NCBI GenBank assembly: GCA_913051775.1 | Contig: CAJXCL010000005.1 | Coordinates: 5,499 to 69,498, forward strand | DNA: 64,000 nt | Direction of reading: 5' to 3' | Origin: an uncultured Nitrospirota bacterium | GTDB taxonomy: Bacteria > Nitrospinota > Nitrospinia > CAJXCL01 | In this document: positions 37,594 through 46,580 of the stretch, one piece after another | Layout: every line of letters begins with the position of its first letter | How positions within the stretch are numbered: the first letter of the stretch is position 1 | Program-made: the position numbers and the translations under genes | Notes under the pieces: model-generated | What the model was told of the DNA's origin: nothing | Databases searched by the model: none | Seen by the model: only the letters and a program-made list of their open reading frames with translations

Positions 37594-38202
37594 TTAAAGG
37601 GGTTTTCTGGCATAGATGGTTTTTACAATATCCTGAAAGATATAATTGACTGATAATACCTCAAAACCTGAGTTATGGACATTTAATGTTGTTTTCCTGG
37701 TTAAATCCGGCCCGGGTAAAAAGTTCATTAATTTCAGGGTAAAATGAAAGAACGGATTTTTACTGTCCGTATGTTCAAACATGGCAAGGTTTCCTCCCGG
37801 CTTTAAAACCCTGAAAACCTCTTTTAACCCTTTTACCGGGTCAGGCACAGAGCAGAATACACACGAGGTAATTGCTGAATCAAAAACCTCATCTCCATAT
37901 GAAAGAGATTGCACATCCTCCAGTTTGAGTTCCAAGGGGGATGGAGAGTCATCGCGTTTGTTTTTTGCGATATCCAGCATTTTTTGTGAAAAATCTATAG
38001 CTGTTATTTTTACGTCAGAAGGAAAAAGCTTAAAATCATTCCCTGTACCGGCTCCGATCATAATGACATTGCCAGAAGCTTTTGAGAAAATCTCTCTTTT
38101 GAGCTCATGCCAACGCCATTCACTGTACCTGGTCAACAGGTTAAACTTGCCGGCAAAATCATCCCAGAACTTCGCACTTTTTTTATTATCTAATGTTTTC
38201 AT
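37594..38202 (-). CDS. Class I SAM-dependent methyltransferase
   Basis: VIMIGAGTGNDF motif I, LKPGGNLAMFE post-II. Confidence 0.75.
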   Translation of the reverse strand: MKTLDNKKSAKFWDDFAGKFNLLTRYSEWRWHELKREIFSKASGNVIMIGAGTGNDFKLFPSDVKITAIDFSQKMLDIAKNKRDDSPSPLELKLEDVQSLSYGDEVFDSAITSCVFCSVPDPVKGLKEVFRVLKPGGNLAMFEHTDSKNPFFHFTLKLMNFLPGPDLTRKTTLNVHNSGFEVLSVNYIFQDIVKTIYARKPL

Positions 38203-38309
38203 ACTTTCGAATTAAATAGAACGCTGATTTTCGCTGATACACGCAGATAGAAATTTTATTTATCCTTGAAAATCTGCGTTCATCTGCGTCCAAAATTCCA
38301 ACTCATATA

Positions 38310-38678
38310 CTATTCAGTCAATTCATACTTTACTTTGTTTGTAATCCGCAGATAATATTCATCTGATACAACTAAAACAAGCCATACAAAAAAGGTTAAA
38401 AATACCGATGTTGTATAACTTGCCTGTGAAAAAGCCATCATGCCTGAAAGCATTCCTATGGTCATCGTATGCATCATTAAATTAAACATTATATTTATAA
38501 GACTTAATATAAGACCACATATCATTCCAATGATTCCTCCTAACGTCATTCCCAGGGGCATTGAAAAATAAAAGGGAACCGTCTCAGGCAATATCAAAGG
38601 AGTGAGAAACGAAACTACAATAGCTGTCAGTAGAGTAGCGATGAGATCAAAAAGTCTTCCGAGTAACAATATTTTCAT
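38310..38678 (-). CDS. Small hypothetical membrane protein (4 TM)
   Basis: Hydrophobic segments only. No family recognised. Confidence 0.4.
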   Translation of the reverse strand: MKILLLGRLFDLIATLLTAIVVSFLTPLILPETVPFYFSMPLGMTLGGIIGMICGLILSLINIMFNLMMHTMTIGMLSGMMAFSQASYTTSVFLTFFVWLVLVVSDEYYLRITNKVKYELTE

Positions 38679-38754
38679 TGTTGATTAAATGATAAAAAAT
38701 TATTAGACAAGATTACAGGATAAACAAATCGTTTAGTTATTCAAATTGCTGACC

Positions 38755-39741
38755 TTAAGTTCTGATTATGCTTCTTTGATTGGAAACAATAGACTTTTCT
38801 ATTTTTGAGTTTTCTGTAATTGTAATATTATCCCACAGGATAGAATTATTTAATATACATCCGTTATGGATAATACAATTGTTGCCAATGGAAATATAAG
38901 GTCCAATGATCGAATCTTTACCTATTTTTACATTTTCTCCAATACTCACCGGCGGAACTACCCTGGAGCCACTAAATCCACTTTGAAGATTCGTGCCCTG
39001 TACATCTCGTACAGTATTTTGAAAAATCTTCTTTGATAATATTTCTTTTTGAAGAAAAAGATATTTTTGTGGGTTTCCCATATCTACCCAATATTTATTA
39101 GTAACGTACCCAAAGAGTGGCAAATCATCTGTTAAAAGCTTTGGGTAAATCTCTTTAGAAATATCACAATACCCTTTGTCAGGAAATTCCTTTAAAACAT
39201 CAGGGTCGAAAAGAGCAATACCGGAAAACATTGTTTTTTTAAGCGTTCCGGTCTGCAGTGTATCACAGAAATCCAGAAACCGCCTGACCCGGCATGATGA
39301 ATCTATTCCTATAACACCAAATTTTTCAACGTCTTTATCTTCTCTTACTACCATAGTTATTAAAGCATTATTTTTTTTGTGAAATTGAATAACATCAGCA
39401 AAATCCAGTTCAAAAGCTATATCGCTGTTTATCACGAAAAAAAGATCGCCCTTTAAAAACGATTCTGCCGCTTTTATTCCTCCTGCTGTCCCTAATATTT
39501 CCTTTTCTATGGAATAATTAATTCTTACACCAAAAGCTCTCCCATCCTTAAAATAATCTTTAATTATATTCGGACGATGATGCAGATTAATCACAAGTTC
39601 TTCAAATCCAGCCTGTTTCAAATAGTCTATGAGGTATTCTAGAAGCGGTTTGTTGGAAATCGGAACCATGGACTTGGGTATTAAATCGGTTAGCGGACGA
39701 AGACGAAGTCCAAGACCAGCAGCTAAAATCATTGCTTTCAT
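38755..39741 (-). CDS. Sugar-phosphate nucleotidyltransferase with C-terminal left-handed beta-helix
   Basis: MKAMILAAGLGLRLRPLTDLIPKSMVPI N-terminus, hexapeptide repeats at the C-terminus. Confidence 0.8.
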   Translation of the reverse strand: MKAMILAAGLGLRLRPLTDLIPKSMVPISNKPLLEYLIDYLKQAGFEELVINLHHRPNIIKDYFKDGRAFGVRINYSIEKEILGTAGGIKAAESFLKGDLFFVINSDIAFELDFADVIQFHKKNNALITMVVREDKDVEKFGVIGIDSSCRVRRFLDFCDTLQTGTLKKTMFSGIALFDPDVLKEFPDKGYCDISKEIYPKLLTDDLPLFGYVTNKYWVDMGNPQKYLFLQKEILSKKIFQNTVRDVQGTNLQSGFSGSRVVPPVSIGENVKIGKDSIIGPYISIGNNCIIHNGCILNNSILWDNITITENSKIEKSIVSNQRSIIRT

Positions 39742-39785
39742 TTGTGATAACTCCCAAGAAATTAGTTGAAATACGAAAAGATCAG

Positions 39786-39811
39786 GGACTCCATAATACT
39801 GTCCCCTGACA
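39786..39811 (-). terminator. Hairpin CAGGGAC-N11-GTCCCCTG downstream of the hydrolase gene
   Basis: GC-rich stem in an AT-rich spacer, followed (minus sense) by T-rich sequence. Confidence 0.3.
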
Positions 39812-39834
39812 CCCAGTCCCCTGCCCCTTGACCC

Positions 39835-40647
39835 CTATTTTTTCCTAAGAAATTGGTTGATAACTTTAAAATACTCGCTTCCGCCAATAATATAAGTATC
39901 ATTATGATCAGCACCGTCAACTTCATAAAACTCTTTAGGTTCCGGTGCCGCTTCAAACAGCTTTTTCCCCAGTTTAAAAGGGACAACATTATCTTTGTTC
40001 CCATGAATGAAAAGCTTGGGACAGGCTATATTCTTGATTTTTTCAATCGAATTAAACTTTGTCTTGATAAAATACTTCACCGGCAAAAAAGGGAACATTC
40101 TGCCTGCCATATCTTCCGCGGATGTAAAAACCGATTCTAAAATTAATGCTCTGCAACCAAGCTCTCTGGCCATCTCCACGGCAATTGCGCCACCCAGAGA
40201 CCTGCCGAAAAAAATGATTTTCCCCTTTGGTATTTTTTTTTGTTGAATTAAATATTCATACGCGGCTCTTGAATCAAGATAGATTGTTTTTTCCGATGGA
40301 AGTTTCCCTTCACTTCTTCCATAGCCACGGTAATCGAAAATAAAAACATTAATATTAAGTTCATGTAGTAATTTAATATTTTCAAGTCGATGAGAAAGAT
40401 TTCCCGCATTTCCATGAAACCATAACAGAGTAATTTTATTCTCATTAGAGGGCACAAACCACCCATGAAGCATCAGTCCATCGTCTGTTTTAAAATAGGC
40501 ATCTTCTGTAATTACTCCATAATCTCCCGGGTTCCAAATACCTTCAGGATATTTTTTCGGGAAGTATATCATTTTATCCTCTATCATAAGAAGGACCACG
40601 CAGAACAACAGGATAAAAATAATTATTAATATAATTGAAGACTTCAT
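39835..40647 (-). CDS. Alpha/beta hydrolase (S9/S33-like)
   Basis: HGNAGN and GRSLGG nucleophile-elbow motifs. Confidence 0.8.
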   Translation of the reverse strand: MKSSIILIIIFILLFCVVLLMIEDKMIYFPKKYPEGIWNPGDYGVITEDAYFKTDDGLMLHGWFVPSNENKITLLWFHGNAGNLSHRLENIKLLHELNINVFIFDYRGYGRSEGKLPSEKTIYLDSRAAYEYLIQQKKIPKGKIIFFGRSLGGAIAVEMARELGCRALILESVFTSAEDMAGRMFPFLPVKYFIKTKFNSIEKIKNIACPKLFIHGNKDNVVPFKLGKKLFEAAPEPKEFYEVDGADHNDTYIIGGSEYFKVINQFLRKK

Positions 40648-40730
40648 TTATCAAATAATTAATCTAACTTTCAGCGAAAATAGCATTTAGAGAATATGAA
40701 CAGATTAAAAGGATGAATATGGAAAATTGA

Positions 40731-42227
40731 TCAATCCATTAAGCTTTTTGTTGCCGGAAGGTATTGGCTAAAAGATTTTCGCCCTTTATCTTTTAGAAAG
40801 GATTCCAGAAATACCAGAGAAGCGCCGCCTCCTGTGGAAATAAAAAAATTTGTTACAAAATAGTTCACAAGCGTGTAAAGGTCATGATCAGAAAATTTAA
40901 TCTCAAAGAGTTTGTGATTAATATTGTTTCCTATTACTTTATTTAATTCTTTTAAGAACTCTTTCTCAATACTGGAAAGATTGAACTGTTGAACAATGGC
41001 GGCAGTATCCCCTCCCCCTATTACAACCAAAGAATCTTTGTCCCGTATGCATTTATTAAAAAGAGATTGGGCTATCCCAACAGAACCCTTCGCATACCCT
41101 TTATTGGTAGGATGATCAAAAGCTCCTAGAGGGCCGTTCCAGAAGATATTTTTTACATTATTATTAAGCAGGATTTCTGAAAATTTCTTTATGGAGTTTG
41201 GCCCGATATCTAATTGCAGCTCTTTGTTAAAATCAGGGGCCTCTGATATTGAAAACTTTGGAGAATCGAAATCCGATGAAACTTTATAGTCCACAGGGAA
41301 GATGATCTCAACTCCCTTATCCTCGGCCATTTTAATGATTTTACCGGCCAGCATGACCTCTTCATGGATGTTATTCTCCTTCCCCGCTTTTGCTTTCAAC
41401 TTAGCCGGGATTTTTATTTGATCTTTTTTCAAGTCCCTGTCTAAAAGAAAGGCATTCACCATTTTTCCACCAAGTATAATACGGCCAATACCGGATTGAA
41501 CAAACTGCTTTATTATACTTATTTTATCTGACACTTTTGCTCCGCCGACTATAAAAACGGTATGTTCAGGTTCTTTAATAATCCTTTGCGCCAGTTCACC
41601 AAGTCGTAAAATCTCTTCGTTTAGGAGCATGCCCGCTACAGCAAGCTTGTTCCTTTTTTTCATAAGATTGGGAAGCTTTATGATGCTCCTGGTCTCTCTA
41701 TGGCTGGTTCCAAAAGCACAGTTAATATATACATCACATATATTGGCCAAATCCTTTATAAATTCATCCCTGTATGAAGTTTCTCTTTTCAGAAGATAAC
41801 GCAAGTTCGGCAGGAACTTAATTCCGCCAAGAGGCAACTGGTTCTTTTTAACCATCTCGATTGAATGCTTCAATTGGGAATCCATAGATTCCGGAGGGAA
41901 AACGATATAAGAATCCTCATATTCTTTTTTTAAAAGGGTTTCGAAATGAGAGCAAACAAACTGCAGATTAAATATTCCGTCCCAACTGTTATCACTCAGA
42001 TGTTTATGAGGTCTGCCAAGGTGAGATCCGATAATGATCCTACAGTTTCCCTGTGTGAGTTCATGTATTCTTTTAAAGCATCTATCCAAAAACCTCCTGA
42101 TGCGCTCATCGTCCGTGACCAGAAATCTACCCGGTGTATCTTTTTTGAGCGGTACATTGAAATCCGTGCGTATAAATATGGTTTTGTGTAAAAGGTCTTT
42201 GGCTTTTAACTTTTCAAGCAGCTTCAT
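40731..42227 (-). CDS. pgk: Phosphoglycerate kinase (long form, 498 aa with insertions)
   Basis: RTDFNVPL, IIGSHLGRP, WNGPLGAFD, GGGDTAAIV, STGGGASLVFLE. Confidence 0.85.
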   Translation of the reverse strand: MKLLEKLKAKDLLHKTIFIRTDFNVPLKKDTPGRFLVTDDERIRRFLDRCFKRIHELTQGNCRIIIGSHLGRPHKHLSDNSWDGIFNLQFVCSHFETLLKKEYEDSYIVFPPESMDSQLKHSIEMVKKNQLPLGGIKFLPNLRYLLKRETSYRDEFIKDLANICDVYINCAFGTSHRETRSIIKLPNLMKKRNKLAVAGMLLNEEILRLGELAQRIIKEPEHTVFIVGGAKVSDKISIIKQFVQSGIGRIILGGKMVNAFLLDRDLKKDQIKIPAKLKAKAGKENNIHEEVMLAGKIIKMAEDKGVEIIFPVDYKVSSDFDSPKFSISEAPDFNKELQLDIGPNSIKKFSEILLNNNVKNIFWNGPLGAFDHPTNKGYAKGSVGIAQSLFNKCIRDKDSLVVIGGGDTAAIVQQFNLSSIEKEFLKELNKVIGNNINHKLFEIKFSDHDLYTLVNYFVTNFFISTGGGASLVFLESFLKDKGRKSFSQYLPATKSLMD

Positions 42228-42407
42228 TGTTATTTTTTGTGAATTTTATGCAATATTATTAATACCCTTTTGCTAGATAGATTAGCCCTCGCTATTATAT
42301 TAAAGCATTATGCTTTTGTAAAATATTTAACCGATAATTTGAAGTTTCCCGTAGCAAAGCTGAGGCTCAAAGCCAAGCTTAACTTCGTAGCTTTGCAAAG
42401 TTTTTGA

Positions 42408-42492
42408 CACACACTCCATCCCAAATAGAAACCCCTCTTGTCAGAAGGGAATTCTCTCCCTAAACTCCCCCTTAAAAAAGGGGGATGCAGGG
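42408..42492 (-). repeat. Dispersed repeat family 2 (contains CCCCCTTAAAAAAGGGGG hairpin)
   Basis: The reverse complement TGCATCCCCCTTTTTTTAAGGGGGAGTTTAGGGAGAGAATTCCCTTCTGACAAGAGGGG matches 63826-63925 at about 80% (CCCCCTTTTTTAAGGGGGAGTTTGGAGTGAGTATTTCCCTCTATCAAGAAGGGTG). Confidence 0.6.
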
Positions 42493-42509
42493 GGTTGTAA
42501 TTGGTTTTT

Positions 42510-42605
42510 GTCCATCCCTGGACCCAACCCTTCGAGCGGTCTTCCTTCTGGATTCGTCCAATTCGGCTTTCCATGCCGAATTGTGATTGCGGCAACTTGC
42601 CGCTT
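42510..42605 (+). repeat. Dispersed structured repeat family 1, copy E
   Basis: GTCCATCCCTGGACCCAACCCTTCGAGCGGTCTTCCTTCTGGATTCGTCCAATTCGGCtttccatGCCGAATTGTGATTGCGGCAACTTGCCGC; ~85% identical to the reverse complement of copy F. Confidence 0.75.
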
Positions 42606-42614
42606 TATGTTCTA

Positions 42615-44168
42615 ATGATAAAAAAAATGGAAATCCTTACTGCAAAAGAAATGAGAGAAGTCGACAGGAAATCCATAGAGGACTACGGCATCCCCGGGCC
42701 TGTCCTTATGGAAAACGCAGGAATTCAGACGGTTATTGCCCTTGAAGATAAGTTTAATAGCTTAACTCAAAAGAATGTCTCTGTTTTCGCCGGCAAGGGA
42801 AATAATGGTGGAGACGGGGCTGTAGTTGCAAGACATCTTTTTAATAAAAAAGTAAAGGTTGAAATATTTCTTTTTGCTAAAAAAGATGACACATCCCATG
42901 ATGCAAAAATCAATTTAGATTTAGCCCAGAAGATGGGGATTCCTATTCATGAAGTCGAGAGCCTCGACAAACTTAAAACCTTTAAAAGCCACCTGGCTCA
43001 TGCCCATATTTTTATCGACGCCCTCTTGGGAACCGGGATAACCCCGCCGGTAAAAGGAGTTTTGCAGTCTGTTATTTCATTTTTAAATGATCTCAATAAA
43101 TTTACTTTAGCAATCGACATTCCGTCCGGTTTGAGTTCTGATCATGGAAATGTGGAAGGAAAGACTTTTAAGGCTGATATGACTGTCACATTCTGCCGTC
43201 CTAAAAGATGCCATTTCTTGTATCCTGCGGCAGATCTGGTTGGCGAATTAAAAGTCGTTGATATCAGCATTCCCGATAAAATTGTTAGAAATGAAAAGAT
43301 AAAAGTTCATACGATCGATCGAAATGATATTTGTTTTTTATTTCAAGAAAGAAAACGGTCTTCCCATAAGGGTACATACGGTCACTTGCTCGTTATTGGC
43401 GGATCTGCTGGGAAGGGGGGGGCAGCGGCCATAGCAGGTCTATCCGCTTTGAGGATAGGAACAGGTTTGGTCACCTTAGCGGTTCCGCAATCAGTCAATT
43501 CGTCCATTGAAATGAGCCCCATTGAAGTAATGAGCATCCCTCTTCCTGAGACCCAAGAGGGAAGTATTGATATTGCGGCAAAAGATAAACTTCTTGAGTC
43601 AATAAATGGCAAATCATCCGTATTAATAGGGCCTGGATTATCTACTCAACAGGAAACCATTGAGCTATTGCTTATGATTATTCCTGAAATTAAAGTACCG
43701 CTTTTAATAGACGCGGATGGCTTGAACTGTTTAGCAGATCATTTAGAAATTTTAAAAAAAGTAAAAGGCCAGGTCATTATTACTCCCCATCCGGGAGAAA
43801 TGTCGAGGCTGACACGAAAAACGGTCAAAGACGTGCAGGCAGATAGAATCGGAATAGCTCAAAAATTTGCAGTGGATTATAACCTTATTGTTGTTTTAAA
43901 AGGAGCCGGTACAATTATCGCTTTACCTGATGGCAGCACTTTTATAAATACAACAGGAAATCCGGGTATGGCTTCAGCAGGAACAGGGGATGTCCTGGCG
44001 GGCATGGCAGCAGGGTTATTAGCTCAAAATATTACTCCTGCCGACGCATCAACAAAAGCAGCGGTCTATCTTCATGGCTTTGCCGGCGACAGGATTTCAC
44101 AAGAGAAAGGCCAGGTTTCCCTTATTGCAAGCGATCTGATTGAAGTTATTCCTTCAATTTTGAAATAG
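42615..44168 (+). CDS. nnr: Bifunctional NAD(P)H-hydrate repair enzyme (epimerase + ADP-dependent dehydratase)
   Basis: YjeF-N (GKGNNGGDG) and YjeF-C (GPGL, GTGDVLAG) domains. The listed ORF start at 42501 lies inside the repeat. The first plausible ATG is at 42615. Confidence 0.85.
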   Translation: MIKKMEILTAKEMREVDRKSIEDYGIPGPVLMENAGIQTVIALEDKFNSLTQKNVSVFAGKGNNGGDGAVVARHLFNKKVKVEIFLFAKKDDTSHDAKINLDLAQKMGIPIHEVESLDKLKTFKSHLAHAHIFIDALLGTGITPPVKGVLQSVISFLNDLNKFTLAIDIPSGLSSDHGNVEGKTFKADMTVTFCRPKRCHFLYPAADLVGELKVVDISIPDKIVRNEKIKVHTIDRNDICFLFQERKRSSHKGTYGHLLVIGGSAGKGGAAAIAGLSALRIGTGLVTLAVPQSVNSSIEMSPIEVMSIPLPETQEGSIDIAAKDKLLESINGKSSVLIGPGLSTQQETIELLLMIIPEIKVPLLIDADGLNCLADHLEILKKVKGQVIITPHPGEMSRLTRKTVKDVQADRIGIAQKFAVDYNLIVVLKGAGTIIALPDGSTFINTTGNPGMASAGTGDVLAGMAAGLLAQNITPADASTKAAVYLHGFAGDRISQEKGQVSLIASDLIEVIPSILK

Positions 44169-44289
44169 AAACTATCGTTTCTCCGAAGAGGACACTGGGA
44201 AAATAACTCCCGGAGAAAGAACTTAAATCTGCTCCTTAACGGTGAAAAAGGACTGGTGTATTTCTCTCACCTTGCGAGTTTGGCGAGCA

Positions 44290-44520
44290 TAATCATTTAG
44301 AAAACCTTCCCTGTTTTTTTCCCATCTTCACTTGAGTGCCCCATTCTGAATGCCAGTTTGGACAATTTCTCGTTCGTCTCCGGGAGTTTGCTTTCAGAAC
44401 GTTCGTGTACAATTCTGATACCATTAATTACACGGCGTAAAAAATCATAGGATTCTTTGAGTTTGTTATAGCGTTCCAGAGATAGAAGACCGATACGTAC
44501 TGCTTCTTTATTGATAGACG
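44290..44520 (-). pseudogene. Orphan C-terminal fragment of a GlnE/GlnD-like nucleotidyltransferase
   Basis: Reverse-strand SDTSINKEAVRIGLLSLERYNKLKESYDFLRRVINGIRIVHERSESKLPETNEKLSKLAFRMG resembles the Y.FLRRVENRLR..H.LP..LA.RLG motif of GlnE/GlnD regulatory domains. There is no start; a stop precedes it. Confidence 0.35.
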
Positions 44521-44730
44521 TATCTGATTAACTGGATTTATATCATGTTAATCCTGTAATCCTGTCTAATATTTTTTAATGGGTTACAAAAACTTTGCTC
44601 AAAAAATATTCCGCAGATTAGTAATACAACACAACGAAGGCGCAGTCCCAAAACGACCATAAAAGTACAAAGGTCACCAAGAAAAATCTTTGAATATTCC
44701 AAGAAATATGATAGTTTCTAAGATTTGTTC

Positions 44731-44759
44731 TTGACAATTGCATGGTGTCAGTTATAAAT
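44731..44759 (+). promoter_or_regulatory. Sigma70-like promoter upstream of pntAA
   Basis: TTGACA (44731-44736), 17-bp spacer, TATAAA (44754-44759), 90 nt upstream of the start. Confidence 0.4.
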
Positions 44760-44848
44760 TGCTTTTTCCTTCTTTCTTTAGAACTAACAGTATTAGTGTA
44801 TTTAGCATAGGGTTTCTAATCTGAAACAATTATTAGGATAGCAAAGTT

Positions 44849-46000
44849 ATGATTGTTGGTGTACCAAAAGAAACATTTCCAGGCGAGCAGCGAGTTGCCT
44901 TAATTCCACAAAACATATCAAATCTCACAAAGACCGGTTTCGAGGTTTTAGTAGAATCAAAAGCAGGAGGAAGTTCTGGTTTTAGCGACTCTGAATACAC
45001 CGATAAGGGCGCAAAGATTACAGGGAACAGAAAAGAACTTTTTTCTAAAGCTGATGTAATCCTGCAGGTTCGTGGGTTCGGCACTAATCCCGATAAAGGA
45101 AAATCCGATCTTGTACTGATGAAAGCTGGTCAAATTGTCGTTGGTCTTCATGAACCACTTGCCGCGATTGATGCCATAAAAATATTAGCAAATCGCAAAG
45201 TTACCGCGTTTGCTATGGAACTTATACCGCGAATTACTCGTGCCCAGAGCATGGATGTCCTTTCTTCTATGGCTACAATAGCAGGTTATAAATCTGTTAT
45301 GATAGCCGCGGAATCACTCCCCAAGATGTTCCCCATGTTAATGACTGCTGCCGGAACAACAGCGCCTGCCCAGGTGTTTGTGGTCGGGGCTGGAGTTGCG
45401 GGACTTCAGGCGATTGCAACAGCGAAACGTCTTGGATCTGTGGTGAAAGCCTACGATGTGCGCCCTGCGGTTAAAGAACAGATTGAAAGCCTGGGCGCCA
45501 AGTTCGTGGAACTGCCTGTTGACGCCAAGGAATCTGAAGACAGCGGGGGATACGCGATAGAAATGGATGAATCCTTTTATAAACGGCAGCGCGAGATGAT
45601 GACCAAAATCGTAGAGGAAAGCGATGTTGTGATCACTACCGCCATGATACCGGGCAAAAAAGCTCCGGTATTAATTGCAGCAGGTATGGTCAAAAAAATG
45701 CATCATGGTTCGATAATAGTAGATCTTGCAGCCGAATCGGGAGGAAATTGTGAACTAACAAAATCAGGAAAAACAGTGGTGACAACCGGGGTAACTATTA
45801 TTGGTCCCGTAAATATTGCTTCTACCATACCGTATCATGCAAGCCAGATGTATTCAAAAAACATTACAACGTTCCTTCTACACATTATAAAAGAGGGAAA
45901 GTTGAGTGATGATGCTGATGATGAAATCTTAACTAATACGATGGTGACAAAAGACGGAACAATCGTGAATAAACTTGTAAAAGAACTTGCCGGCGCTTGA
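44849..46000 (+). CDS. pntA: NAD(P) transhydrogenase subunit alpha part 1 (dI)
   Basis: Alanine dehydrogenase/PNT fold, GAGVAGLQAI NAD-binding motif. Confidence 0.9.
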   Translation: MIVGVPKETFPGEQRVALIPQNISNLTKTGFEVLVESKAGGSSGFSDSEYTDKGAKITGNRKELFSKADVILQVRGFGTNPDKGKSDLVLMKAGQIVVGLHEPLAAIDAIKILANRKVTAFAMELIPRITRAQSMDVLSSMATIAGYKSVMIAAESLPKMFPMLMTAAGTTAPAQVFVVGAGVAGLQAIATAKRLGSVVKAYDVRPAVKEQIESLGAKFVELPVDAKESEDSGGYAIEMDESFYKRQREMMTKIVEESDVVITTAMIPGKKAPVLIAAGMVKKMHHGSIIVDLAAESGGNCELTKSGKTVVTTGVTIIGPVNIASTIPYHASQMYSKNITTFLLHIIKEGKLSDDADDEILTNTMVTKDGTIVNKLVKELAGA

Positions 46001-46004
46001 TATT

Positions 46005-46112
46005 TAACCGTAGAGCGGCAGGGCCACATCCACAATTCGGCAGGAAAGCCGAATTGGACGGATTCCAAAGGAAGGCCGTCCGAAGGGTTGAGGCCGGGGA
46101 TGGCCGAAATCG
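46005..46112 (-). repeat. Dispersed structured repeat family 1, copy F, inside the pntAA-pntAB spacer
   Basis: The reverse complement reads CGATTTCGGCCATCCCCGGCCTCAACCCTTCGGACGGCCTTCCTTTGGAATCCGTCCAATTCGGCtttcctGCCGAATTGTGGATGTGGCCCTGCCGCTCTAC. Confidence 0.75.
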
Positions 46113-46253
46113 AATGGAGCTACCGCCCTGATGCTGCTAAAAAAAAATTGTGCTAAAATAACACAATTTTATAAATTTGCAGTGCAGAGAAAGGACTCGC
46201 CACGAAAACACAAAATTAAAGAATATTTTTTTCTTTGTGACATTGTGTCTTAA

Positions 46254-46562
46254 GTGGCTAAAACTGAAGGGGAAAAACAAATGACAATTTTTGTAACAGC
46301 ATTAACGATTTTTATATTAGCAGTCTTTGTTGGGTTTGAGATCATTACAAAGATCCCTCCGACTCTTCACACACCCCTTATGTCTGGTTCCAACGCAATT
46401 TCGGGAATCACGCTTGTTGGAGCAATATTATCTGCCGGTTCTCAACATACTGTTTTTACAACTGTTCTAGGCTTTATCGCTTTGGTTTTGGCTACTATTA
46501 ACGTGGTTGGCGGGTTTCTTGTAACAAACCGTATGCTGGCAATGTTTAAGAAAAAGAAATAA
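46254..46562 (+). CDS. pntA: NAD(P) transhydrogenase subunit alpha part 2 (membrane dII-a)
   Basis: Three TM helices, typical of split PntAB. Confidence 0.85.
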   Translation: MAKTEGEKQMTIFVTALTIFILAVFVGFEIITKIPPTLHTPLMSGSNAISGITLVGAILSAGSQHTVFTTVLGFIALVLATINVVGGFLVTNRMLAMFKKKK

Positions 46563-46580
46563 CATTACACGAGAGAGGTT

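Noticed and set aside
42501-42614. Listed start of the nnr ORF at 42501
   Set aside because: The first 38 codons translate the family-1 repeat (MVFVHPWTQPFERSSFWIRPIRLSMPNCDCGNLPLYV). The conserved YjeF-N domain begins after Met 42615.
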